This document shows positions 1 to 11,600 of a DNA stretch of 64,000 nucleotides, piece by piece. How positions within the stretch are numbered: the first letter of the stretch is position 1; every line of letters starts with the position of its first letter. The notes below the pieces were generated by a model. That model was not told the DNA's origin, ran no database searches, and saw only the letters and a list, made by a program, of their open reading frames with translations. The position numbers and the translations under genes are program-made. Source of the stretch: Flaccisagitta enflata. Its lineage: Eukaryota. Location: positions 8,494,001-8,558,000 of the forward strand of contig OZ231126.1 in NCBI GenBank assembly GCA_965153355.1, given 5' to 3'.

Positions 1-1179
1 TCCTCCTCCTCCTCCTCCTCCTCCTCCTCCTCTACCTCTCTCTCCTTCTCCTCAACCTGCTCTTCCAAAAAGTTCTTTCCCATCTTTTTTCTCCAGTCAT
101 AACGCTCATTTGAATATTTGTCTCGACTTCCGCGGGCGCTTGGCGCCACTTCTGCTCCATCCTCCATCTACTCTCCTTCCTCTTCTACTTCCTCTCCTCC
201 CGCCACTGCCTCTTTTTCGTCCTCCTCTTTTTCCTTTTGTACTTTCATTTGCAAAAAGCGCCACTACCGCCTCCTTCTCCTTCTTGTAATATCCTCTCTA
301 TTCCTTCCCCCCTTCCTTCTCTCTACCTACCTCCTCTTCCTCTTCTTTTATTCACCTATCTCCTCTGTATGTCTCCCCTCTTCACCTTCCTCCTCTTCTT
401 CCTCTTTCCTTTCGTCATCTTCCTGCTCTTTATTTCCCTCCTCTTCCTCGTCCACTTCTTACTCCTCCTCACTTTCTTCCACTTCCTCTTTTTCAGCATC
501 CTCCATTTTGCCAATCTTCTCTTCTTTTTCTTCTCCTCACTCATCACTCTTCTTCTCTTCCTCTTTACCACCTTCCTGCTCTTCAGCTTTTTCCTCTTCC
601 TCTTCATCAACCTGCTCTTCAAAACCTTCCTGTGCCTCTTCTACTTCTCCCTCCTCTTCCCCTTCTTACTTTTCCTCTACTTCAGCTTCCTTCTATTTGC
701 CAACTTCATCTTCTTTCTCTTCCTCTTCTTCCTCTTTCTCTTCTTCACCTTCCTTCTCTTCACCTTCTCTCTTTATCCTCTTCTTCCTCTTCCTCTTCAC
801 CTCACTCGCCTCTTTTCTTCTCTTCACCTTCTTCCTCCTCTCCCCTTCCTGCTCTTCCTCCTCTACTCCTTCCCCTCTTCACAAGTTCATCTGCTGTCTT
901 CCTTTTCCTCTTCTTCAGCTTCCTCCTCTTTGCCGCCCTCCTCTTCCTCTTAGTCCTCATCCTCTTTTTTACCTTTCTGCTCTTTAACTTCCTTTTTTTC
1001 TTCCTCTCCACCCTTCTAATTTTCTACTTCTTCCTCTTACTCTTCTTCACCTTCCTGCTCTTCACCTTCTTCCTTCGTCCTCTCATTCCTCTTCCTCTTC
1101 ACCTTCCTCCTTTTCCACTCCCACGATCCTTTGGCGCCACTTCCGGTTCCCTTCATCTGCGTCTTCTCCTGATTCTCAA

Positions 1180-1380
<201 letters not shown>

Positions 1381-1430
1381 TGTTTGTGACAACCACTTCA
1401 CTCCATCCCTTCATTCCGGTTTCATCTTAA

Positions 1431-1743
1431 CGGTCAGCGGACAAAACCTAATAGGTATATATATCATACCTTTAGTTTTGATCCAACATACTGATAATAA
1501 ACAAAATGTTGTATGCAACAACTAGAGGTTAATATCACATCCAGCTGTAATGTTTCAAAATCGTAGCATTACAGCCGGCTGTAATTCTAACAGCCAATTG
1601 TTGCATATAACATTTTGTGTGTTACCGCCGGCTATAATTTGAGTAACTGATAATTGCATACAATGTTTTGTTAATGAGGAATATGTTGCATCAAAGCCAA
1701 TGGTATGATATATATATACCTATGGCGTTTTGTCCACTGACTG
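1431..1743. mobile_element. MITE with ~100-bp imperfect TIRs flanked by TTAA (or TA)
   Basis: ttaa-CGGTCAGCGGACAAAA...ATAGGTATATATATCATACC on the left is the inverted match of GGTATGATATATATATACCTAT...TTTTGTCCACTGACTG-ttaa on the right. Confidence 0.75.
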
Positions 1744-1984
1744 TTAAATAAAGTTGATAGACAATTAATGACAACGGGGCAAGAATGCAACAAGCCCGAC
1801 CGGGCAACAATGCGTCCGGACTGTATCTCAGTGTGTAATGAATTCGGCGCTGAATTTGTGATATATATGGAGAGACAGATGGCTGAAGAGACAAATGAAA
1901 TGACAGATGCTCTTGAAACACGTTTGGTGATCATTTGATTCAATACAGAATCTCACCATGGCCAAAAACAGCCGAGAAACGCGG

Positions 1985-2187
1985 TTTTTAGTCGCGTGCT
2001 ACGCGACTCTACAACCCGCTTTGTCGGTCCGTCGGTCTGTCCATTGGTCCGTCCATCCGTCACACTTTACTTTTTTGGGTTTTTGCGGTCTTTGGCTTTA
2101 CTGCTCCTGCCCAAATGATGGAGTAGCCTCAAATATGGCCCCTGCCCACCCACACGCGACTTGGGTAGCCGTGTATCAGGCCTTGTT
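1985..2187 (+). mobile_element. Helentron-associated non-autonomous element (HINE/DINE-like), family 1
   Basis: 5' TTTTT-AGTCGCGTG-CT-ACGCGACT hairpin/subTIR, GTCC/GTCG microsatellite, 3' subTIR CACGCGACT, then GCCGTGTATCAGGCC hairpin and TTGTT; T-rich target, no TSD; very similar copies at 27095-27342 (-) and 49049-49266 (+). Confidence 0.85.
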
Positions 2188-2510
2188 TTTGCATCGGCAT
2201 AACGGATGGACATAAGGACGGATGGACGGACAGATGGACGGAAAGACCCTCTTATGGAGATGCGTTTCTGACGGACACATCTAAAATCTAAAATCGAAAT
2301 ACCCTCAGTCCATGGTCAATCAGAATGACAAAAAAAAAAAAAAAAAGAAAAAAAAAATAACTTTTCTGTCTGATGCTCCATTTTCACGCGATGACACGTT
2401 TCCATTCATGAGCTTCCTTTCAACTGTCCATTATGGTCATGGCAAGATGACTATTTCTGTTCCACTGATATACAAATTTCAAACAGCACCTCTCTTTAGT
2501 CCATGGGCGT

Positions 2511-2790
2511 CGGTTAGTCGGTCGGTCGGTCGGTCGGTCGGTCGGTCGGTCGGTCGGTCGGTCGGTCGGTCGGTCGGTCGGTCGGTCGGTCGGTCGGTCG
2601 GTCGGTCGGTCGGTCGGTCGGTCGGTCGGTCGGTCGGTCGGTCGGTCGGTCGGTCGGTCGGTCGGTCGGTCGGTCGGTCGGTCGGTCGGTCGGTCGGTCG
2701 GTCGGTCGGTCGGTCGGTCGGTCGGTCGGTCGGTCGGTCGGTCGGTCGGTCGGTCGGTCTGTAGGTCGGTCAGCCGGTCGGTCTGTCGGT
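2511..2790. repeat. (GGTC)n tetranucleotide microsatellite
   Basis: About 60 pure units; same motif as the HINE core microsatellite. Confidence 0.95.
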
Positions 2791-2860
2791 CTTACCTTTA
2801 TTTTGGCTTTAACAATTGATGAGCCTTTGCCTTCACGATTCACGATTGTCGTGCTTGTGT

Positions 2861-3603
2861 CACTGCTCTGAAGCCATACCTTTATGTTCGTTTTGACATA
2901 ACTGCAACTTTTTTCTCAGTTTTACATGCTCAGATGATGTATAAATCCATAGCAAATGATTGCAAAAAAAGTTGTATGGCGCATATATATTTTTTTAAAA
3001 TCCCACTTTTTTACCATGAGGAAGTACAGGTTGTTGTATCTTTTCCAAAACTGCATATATGTCGTTGTTTTGCTTATATCTTTGTACCATATTGATGAAA
3101 ATACTTGCAGATGGGCTCATTTGATAGATCTTTCGATGAGCTTTCCAACTGTCACCAATTTTTTGTAGATTCATCAAAAAACAACCAAATTATGAGTGTT
3201 CAAAGTGATCCTAAGGATACAGGTTGTTGTAGCTTTTTGTATGATGCATGAATGCTTTTGTTTTGCGTGTATCTTTTTGACAAATTTATGAAGATACTTG
3301 CAGATAGGCTCATTCGATAGATCTTTCGATTAGCTTTGCAACTCTCACCAATTTTTTGTAGATTCATCATACAACAACCAAATCATGAGCGGTCAAAGTG
3401 ATCCTACTGGTACAGGTTATAGCAATTTTTTGTATGATGCGTGAATGCTCTTGTTTTGCTCATATCTTTTTAACAAATTGATGAAAATACTTGCAGATGG
3501 GCTCATTTGATAGATATTTCAATGAGTGTTCCAACTGTCTCCAATTTTTCAATTCATCAAAAATAACTGAATTATGCGCTGTCAATGTTTCCATGGTGGT
3601 ACC
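2861..3603 (+). repeat. Left TIR of the Chapaev element, with three 193-bp subrepeats
   Basis: CTTGCAGAT(G/A)GGCTCATT recurs at 3104, 3297 and 3490; inverted match to 18140-18697. Confidence 0.85.
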
Positions 3604-4071
3604 AATGATTGTATCTTTTCATAAATTAAGTAGATGGGTAAAGTTAAACTGTGACAGAAATTCTATTTTGCTTGCTATGTCAAATTTGAAACAAGGCCGT
3701 ATACACGGCCACTCCAGTCGCAAGCGGTAGGCAGGTGCAGTGATAGAATAGGTCACCAGGGCATTTGGGCAGGAGCAGTGAGCTCAAAAAGCTCAAAAAC
3801 GCCAAAACAAGTAAAAAGGGTACCAACCAACCAACTGACGGACAGACCAAGTGGGTTGTTGAGTTGATAAGCGCAGGAATATAAATAGAAGGAGCAATAT
3901 TAATCAGAGGCATAAACCAATAGAGGGTGCATTGCTCAGTTGCAATTAAGAAAAGGAGAAACTTACACCTAGTGGCTTGTTTCTGTTGATAGCAATTAGT
4001 GCTCTCACATGATGCGAATTGGCCTGTTTTTTGTGTTGATTTTTTTTCTGGTTGACTTTTCTTTAACTGAA

Positions 4072-4476
4072 ATGAACGCCGGTAAACTGAGGTCTCATGA
4101 AGATAACCGTCGAATTTGCTGCGCGGGATGCGGCAAGAAAGATCTAAAGTGTCACAACATAACCCCTACCATCGAGACCGTTTTGAAAGAGGAAGTTTAC
4201 GATGGCTACAACTCATCTGATTGCTACTTTCCAAGCGGAATCTGTAGCACGTGCCGGGCAAGTCTTTTTATTGCGAGAAAGGGGAGCGTCGTGCCTGCTG
4301 TTGTCCGCGACCGTTGGAACTCAATGGATTACTCCAAATTTCGCCCGCCTTCACGTTCTACTCCTTGCATGTGTCAAATTTGTCAAGTTGTTCGCTTCAA
4401 GTGGGAGAAAGTTGAAGAAGACGGCAAGCCTGAAATTCCAAGAGTCATCGACACTCAAAACGAAAAAGAGGCCGAG
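4072..4476 (+). CDS. Chapaev transposase exon 1 (Chapa zinc finger)
   Basis: MNAGKLRSHEDNRRICCAGCG...YFPSGICSTCR...PCMCQIC; 3' boundary uncertain (phase-0 GC donor AG|GCATGC, or GT at 4489). Confidence 0.75.
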
Positions 4477-4646
4477 GCATGCTGTCATGTCATACTTGTG
4501 CACGTTTATGAGCGGAGTGTGTGTGCATATCAATGATTTGCTTGTGTAGAACCTAGTAAAGATATTTCTGCTTTGCAACTCGCGGCCACAAAACTAACCC
4601 TTTTTGGTTAGTGTTATTCATTTTGCAATGTTAATGGATTTTTCAG

Positions 4647-4920
4647 CAACCATCCGCCGAACTGAAACCGTCTCAACCAAAGAAAGTTCTTGATTCCGTA
4701 GTGATTTGCCGCAAATGCCGATCTGAAGTAGGTCGCGGAAAACCGCATCATTGCACTGAGGCTCAGGGAGTAAAGAATTTGACTCAAGAAGCCTTGCAAC
4801 TCGGAAGTCATTTTGGTAACGAGGAATCCAAGTCTTACCAAAGAGTCACCACTAACCTCATCAAAGTTGCCGAAACCAAAGAAAATGTTCCCAGAGGAGA
4901 GAAGATGTCATTGGCGACGG
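4647..4920 (+). CDS. Chapaev transposase exon 2
   Basis: tttcag acceptor; ICRKCRSEVGRGKPHHC zinc motif; G|gtactt phase-1 donor. Confidence 0.8.
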
Positions 4921-5055
4921 GTACTTAATAAAATGAGCATTATGCACAAACACGCGCATTTAAGTGCTTATACAAACGCTCAAGCACATTCATATATACA
5001 ATCTCCCAACGCCCATCCCAAATTGTCTCAGTGATTTGCATCAGCTGAAATATCT

Positions 5056-5174
<119 letters not shown>

Positions 5175-5269
5175 AATTCAGTATTGATTGCATTCAACGG
5201 CCATACACTGACAAAAACGACTGGCCTGCTTTGTTTCATGCCTGGTTCCTTTAATAACCGCCATTTTAG

Positions 5270-5910
5270 GGGGAAAGCCTCTCACTGTTGTGGCCGGCAC
5301 AAGTGATAATAAAGCCAAACGTCAAACCGGTCAACGTCAGCTCACGGCAAAAGATCTCCGTGAATTGCAAGCTGAAATAAACGCCCCAAATGAAACCATG
5401 TTCAAGATCATGACCACAGTCCGCAAACGCATTGGTCATAAGGCAATTGAAAAACATGCCAATCAGGCAATTGTTGAAGGTGGAAAGACCCTAGAGGATT
5501 TTTACGTATCCGAAAACATTTTGATGGAAGTCAAGAAGAACGAAGCTGATGTAATGGAGGAAAAAGAAAACATTGAAATCGGCACAGAGAAGACGACAAA
5601 AGGGACGCCGGCAAAGGGGAAGAAGGGAGGAGGAAAAGAACAGAAGGGAAAAGTCTCCACAAAGAAAGTCAGCGTGGAAGAACCCAAGGATATCATCTTC
5701 GTGCAAGACCCTTTAGAGTTTTTCAAATTCATTTGCGAGGCGAGAAGTTTTGATCCATCAAAAGTCATTGTGCGAATTGCGTGGGATGGGGGTGATGGGA
5801 TGTTTCTTGTTGTCGCTTCGGTGTTCGTAATGGGCGAGGAAGATGACGACGACGATGAAGATGACGATGACGATGATAAAGATAAAGATGGCGTGAAACC
5901 GGAAGGCCTT
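5270..5910 (+). CDS. Chapaev transposase exon 3, 5' part (first catalytic D, WDGG)
   Basis: ttttag acceptor gives LATG|GKPLTV; VRIAWDGGDG; ends at the Helentron junction. Confidence 0.85.
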
Positions 5911-6009
5911 TTTAGATGCGTCCTCGCATCTCTATAAGAGGGTCTGTCGTATGTATAGGGAACGCGAAAATTTCAAAATGCGATTTCTAAGGTTTTCTCT
6001 TCATTTCTC

Positions 6010-6300
6010 TTCATGTCTCTTATATCTCTTCATGTCTCTTATGTCTCTTATATCTCTTTTGTCTCAGTTGTCTCAGTTGTCTCTTTTGTCTCTTTTGTCT
6101 CTTTTGTCTCTTTTGTCTCTTTTGTCTTTTTTGTCTCTTATGTCCCTTATGTCTGCTATGTCTCTTATATCTCCTATGTCTCTTTTATCTCCTATGTCTC
6201 TTATATCTCCTATGTCTCTTATATCTCCTATGTCTCTTATATCTCCTATGTCGCTTATGTCTCTTATTTCTCTTATGTCTCTTATGTCTCCCACGTGTCT
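6010..6300. repeat. 9/18-bp minisatellite (GTCTCTTAT / GTCTCTTTT) inside the Helentron 5' region
   Basis: Directly visible tandem units. Confidence 0.85.
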
Positions 6301-6375
6301 CCTAGCTGTCTTCTACGTGTCTTCGTGTCTTCTCTTGTTTCCTTGTGTTTTTTTATATGTCATTACTTTGTGGCG

Positions 6376-6486
<111 letters not shown>

Positions 6487-6512
6487 CGGAATCCGATTTC
6501 GACTGGCTCAGT

Positions 6513-6552
6513 AATATTGCGCAATATTTCCTTATTCGTCATGACTTTATGG

Positions 6553-6626
<74 letters not shown>

Positions 6627-6719
6627 GGAATCCAATTTCGACTGGCTTAGAAATATTGCGCAATATTCCCATCTCAGCTCTCAGTATTTAAGGAGGTTAC
6701 AGTGAGAGCTTCCTCATTC
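6513..6719 (+). promoter_or_regulatory. Putative Helentron promoter: two AATATTGCGCAATATT palindromes, (CT)n tracts, TATA-like box and Inr
   Basis: Palindromes at 6513-6528 and 6652-6667; TATTTAA at 6685 lies 31 bp upstream of the A of TCATTC (6716); ATG at 6857. Confidence 0.45.
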
Positions 6720-6856
6720 TAAAGATTCGATCATTCCACTCAAACAAAAAACTGAAAAATCTTCATCTCCACTTCATTGCTTCATTTATTCTATATTCCT
6801 ACAAAAGATTGTGTGCTTTAAAATCTCTTGTGATTTGGGCTCCAACCACATAAAAA

Positions 6857-8401
6857 ATGTCGCACCAAGTTTTTCCTTCTCTCTTACTAAGAAATGGAGG
6901 GGTGGATAGCAACATGTGTTCTCTTAACAGCGTCCTTCAATTACTGCGTCACACTCCTGAATTTCTTGCGGAATTACATCTTCAGAGAAACTCTTCCCCA
7001 CTTCTTCAAATTCTCAATAACATCTTAACAACTTGTGGATCTGATATCCCAAGAAGTGCATGGAAACTAAGACAAGAACTAGCCAAGGTAACAGCAAGGC
7101 CTGAATTGAATTCTGGCCATCAACTTGATACAATCGAACTATTTGGATACCTTCTTAATTTCTGCCCCAATGAAGTATTCTGCATCCAAACAAGTTTCGA
7201 GTATAGATTCCAAGTCAATGGTCGACCATCATCATGCCCCATCTGTCATTTTCTTCCTAATGCTGCTCCTGGATCTGACACTTTACTCAGGTTGTCACTT
7301 CCTAAATCATGGCCAAAGACCTCTGCCAATCTGTCTCTGCAAACTTTGCTGGACAAACACTTTCAAATTCAGGCCCAAGGAGATGAAAGAACATGTCCAT
7401 CATGTGCAACCAAGCTTCCATATTTTGAAAAAATCCGCATTTCAAAATTCCCTACTTACATCATTATACAAATGCTTCGAATGGACTTCATCAATGGAAA
7501 AACAGTTAAAAATCCGATTGCTGTCCATATTCCAAACATGGTTGTTGTTGACAAAACACAGTATGAGGTGATTGGCACTATCACACATCAAGGCACTGCC
7601 GAAGCTGGCCACAATCGGGCCTATTTGAAGGAAGGATCAGCTTGGTATATTTGTGAGGATGCAAGACACTCCTCACAGAAAAGACCAGTTGATAGTGAAA
7701 AAGAGCAAAATTACTGCCTCCTGCTAAAAAAATCTTCAATTGAAAGTCAACATCAAACAGTATCTACATGTTCATTGACTGATAGTGCAGGACTGTCTTA
7801 CTCAGATGTGATAAATGGGGGAAAGAAGCATCCTGAACGTCGAACATGCTCCATGGAAAATATCCATCTTTCCAGTCCTCCTATGACACAAGACCAAGGC
7901 ATAAAGCGAGCAATGTCAAGTAGTACAATCAGTTCAAGCACAAGTAATGATGAAGAAAAACAACAATCAAGGGAGGTATGTAAAGGCTGTGGAAACACAT
8001 CTGCCAATAATGCACGCTTATTCACTCATTTGACTAAGAATGAACTGTGTCAAAAACGTGGAAACTATGATATGGAACAATTCAAGAAAGAATTGGATGC
8101 TGAAAAGAGGACAAAAGCTAATGAAAGGAAAAAGAAACATCGCCAACAACGAATTCAGAAAGATCCAGAAGAATATCATTCGCAGCGCGCAAAGGAACAG
8201 CAAACTTATTGTTATAAGTCAAAGGAGAAAGACATTGACGCTCATAGATTAAAGCGAAGAACCCAACAGCAAGCAGCCTCCAATGTTGATTCAATACAAG
8301 CGCAGACAAGTATTCCTAGCATCTATCAGGAAGCGAAGAACAGCAAGCTTATCGCCTCCACATTGTTGATTCTTCATACAAGCGCAGACAAGTATTCCTA
8401 G
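6857..8401 (+). CDS. Helentron ORF1: ubiquitin-specific protease (peptidase C19/USP-like), C2HC zinc finger and charged coiled coil; probable N-terminus of the Rep-Hel polyprotein
   Basis: Cys box LRNGGVDSNMCSLNSVLQLL; HQLDTIELF (QQDAxEF-like); FPTYIIIQMLR; His box YEVIGTITHQGTAEAGHNRAY...WYICED; CKGC...LFTHLTKNELC. Confidence 0.8.
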   Translation: MSHQVFPSLLLRNGGVDSNMCSLNSVLQLLRHTPEFLAELHLQRNSSPLLQILNNILTTCGSDIPRSAWKLRQELAKVTARPELNSGHQLDTIELFGYLLNFCPNEVFCIQTSFEYRFQVNGRPSSCPICHFLPNAAPGSDTLLRLSLPKSWPKTSANLSLQTLLDKHFQIQAQGDERTCPSCATKLPYFEKIRISKFPTYIIIQMLRMDFINGKTVKNPIAVHIPNMVVVDKTQYEVIGTITHQGTAEAGHNRAYLKEGSAWYICEDARHSSQKRPVDSEKEQNYCLLLKKSSIESQHQTVSTCSLTDSAGLSYSDVINGGKKHPERRTCSMENIHLSSPPMTQDQGIKRAMSSSTISSSTSNDEEKQQSREVCKGCGNTSANNARLFTHLTKNELCQKRGNYDMEQFKKELDAEKRTKANERKKKHRQQRIQKDPEEYHSQRAKEQQTYCYKSKEKDIDAHRLKRRTQQQAASNVDSIQAQTSIPSIYQEAKNSKLIASTLLILHTSADKYS

Positions 8402-8652
8402 CATCTATCAGGAATGGAAGGATTTACTTTTGCATTTGCTGTCATCGGAGGCTTCATGAGAATCAAGTCATTGAACTCCAGGAGAATTGGCAAGAACAGC
8501 ATGAAAAGCAGTGTCCAGGCTCCATTTCTAAATTCATTGGACCCATTCTTAAAAGAAAATTTTACATTCCAAACCCGATATCTGAAGAGCCACAACTTCT
8601 CACCAGTGATCATATATGTCATACCTGCAAAAAGTATCTGGATAACAACAAA

Positions 8653-11600
8653 ATGGCACCAATGAGCAACAGAAACAAGCTTGAATTTGTCAATATTGAA
8701 GCTCATCCAGAACTTAAACTCAGTGAGCTTGAGCAGCAACTTGTCGCACGCAATCTCATTTTCCAAAAGATTGTTCTGCTGCCCAAAACTCGAATGAATG
8801 CAATGAAAGACAAGACTGTAAGTGTGCCTATAGAGCCTTCAGATGTGATGGAAACTCTTACAATGCTACCGAGAACCCCAACAGATGCAAGATTGGCGGT
8901 GGTTCAGCTAAAAAGAAGGCTCAACTACCCTGGAATACACAATCAACAGCTTATCAACATGAGAAATGTCATGCAGGCCTTGCACACTTTCATTGAAATG
9001 GAAAATCCCCACTACAAAGGCATTGTAGAAGATGTTGGATTTAAGGAACGTTGTATGGAGACTGATCCTGAAGGCTTCAAGATTCTGTTTCCCGATGAGG
9101 AATCATTGTCAAATTCTCCCAACTGTGACCTTTCAACTACCCAACCAACAGTTAACCCACTCATTGTGAACTCATCTCCGGAAATCAATTCTCAGCCAAT
9201 TCCTCAAGATGAAGCGCAAGACCCAAAAAAGTCCGAGCAAGAGTTAGATGCGGAAGAAGAGGAAAAGCAATACAAGACACATGATCCAGTTGGCAAAAGT
9301 CAGTTTAACTACAATCGCTCGACATGCTTTGGCAACAACCATCCAGAAATCTTTGTGGAGGAAAATGTTGAGGAAAATACAGAAGAGCCAACAAAGGTGG
9401 CTCCAGGTGAAGGAAAAATACCACAAAGCATTCTTTACGAGGAAGACTTGGAAGTGAAGTCGTTTCCTTGTTTTTTTCCTGATGGAAAAAATGGAAAGGA
9501 TGAAAAGAGGGATGTCTCTCTGTCAGAGCAAAACTACTGGGTGCAGAGAATTCTTAATATAGATGACCGCTGTGGAAACTGCCCTCCATATGTTTTCATG
9601 GCCGCAGCTCACACAGAGATGAAGCAGATGACACGCAACATCAATTTATCATTTCAAAGAGGACTAGAAAGGGTCAGGCCAGATGGCTCCAGCGTTTACA
9701 CGCTTGAAGACCCTTACATGGTCCTCGATAATATTAAGAACACGCCGAGATACTGGAAACAAGCTCGTGGAGAACTTTTCGCCAAATTGGAGAATCTCGG
9801 TCCGTTCACTTTCTTCTTCACTCTCTCCTGCGCCGACGTTCGTTGGCCAGAAAACTTCACGTCGCTTTTAGAAGGCCATAAAGTTGCATTTGAGAGTATC
9901 AACGGAGAGGAAAAGTACTACGTCGATGGTGAACCATTGGAAGACTTCCTAAAGGCCTATCCATCCAAGCATGAGTTCATCCGCAACAACCTACTCAATG
10001 CAACTTTGAACTTCCAGCACAGATTGAAGATGTTCATAAAGCACATTGTCCTGAGTCGTGTGTCCCCATTGACTGTGGACCACTTCAACTACAGAATTGA
10101 GTTTCAGTTCCGTGGTGCCCCTCACGCCCACGGGACTCTGTGGATGGATTGGTTGCGATTCTCCGCCCTTCCAAATCAGGATATTCGAAACATTGTGGAA
10201 GGTCTCAACCTCATCAAGGCAGGTGACATGTTAACTTCAACACACACAAAATCTTTAGTTTCTTTTGCCGACCTCTTTGTATCGGTCAGTCTGAAAAATC
10301 CAGCGACCAAGGAAATTGTCAAGGAGGTCAACATTCACCATCACACAAAGAAAGCCTGTCAGAAATATGGCACAACCTGTCGCTTCAATTTTCCTCGCTT
10401 TCCAATTCATCAAACAACAATTAGCGCGCCATCCCACATCATTTATCCAGATGAGAAGGAAAGAAAGGAAAAGATGTTGAAGCACGCTATTTTTCTCGAA
10501 GCTGTGAAAGATGTTCTTGAAGACGAAACCAAGATGACGTCAGTATGCCTCCACAATCAAGAGAAGATTCAAGATATTTGCCAAGAACGTCAACTGAAGT
10601 GGCAATTACAAGCTCTCATTGCTGAGAAAAGTCACGAAAAGAGTACCAACGTCCCGGTCGACCTACAAGAATTTCTGCAAGATGTCGTGGGAGATGATGG
10701 TCGCGTCCAGATTAAAGAATTGGAAAAGAAAGAAAGCCAACTTGATGACAGAGAGGAGGAGCTAACTTTGATCATCAAGACAAGAGTTGAAAAAATGCTT
10801 TCTCTCATTGATATCACCAATCTGACACCAGACGCTTTACCCATGTTGGAGAGATACGAAGCTGCCTTATCCGTAAACAAGAGAGGTTACTCTATCCACT
10901 ACAAAAGAGACGTCGATGAAATCATGGTTAACACCTACAATCCAGAGTGGATTCAAGCGTGGAATGGAAACATGGATTTCCAACTATGTCTGGACTATTT
11001 CGCCGTGATTACCTACATAAGCGACTACTATTGTAAAGACGACAGCGGCGCCATGAAGATGTTGCAAGAAGCTCTGAAGGAATTCATGCATGAAGATCTC
11101 AAAACGCAATTGAAGAAAATGGTGTCAGTTTTTCTCACCCACAGACAAATGGGCGAGAGCGAAGCCTATTATCGGATCTTGCCAAGTATGCACATGAAGG
11201 AATCAAGTATTACCACCATTTTTGCCGCAACCGGTTTCAATCCCAGTCGCTACTTGGAAAAAGTGGATGAAAAAGAAGTTCACAAATGTGACAAGATTGT
11301 CGAGGTGGAAGGTCGAACAGGAAAGTACCAGGAGAAACCGTCTATATACGAAAAGTACCTAAGACGGAATTGCTCCAAACAACCACACATCAAGAACTTA
11401 AGTTACGCGCAATTTGTCAAACGTTACCAGTCAGTTGGAAAGATTGATGAAGACTTTGATTTCTCACCCAAAAAAGTAGCGAAGACTTTTGACAAGAATG
11501 GATCGCCAATCTACAACAATCATATCATTACAAGAGAATATGATAACTTGGACGAAGTTCTGGAGTTGCCAAAATTCATTGAAATTACAGATGTGAAACC

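Noticed and set aside
1985-2187. tRNA-derived SINE interpretation of the short dispersed repeats
   Set aside because: No A/B boxes, poly-A tail or TSD; subTIR, 3' hairpin and TT target fit HINE/DINE elements
2995-3177. Duplicated 60-aa ORF (also 18387-18569)
   Set aside because: It is simply the two TIRs read in opposite directions
8290-8420. Programmed ribosomal frameshift between the USP and Rep ORFs
   Set aside because: No slippery heptamer is evident, and the frame change is explained by the 82-bp duplication
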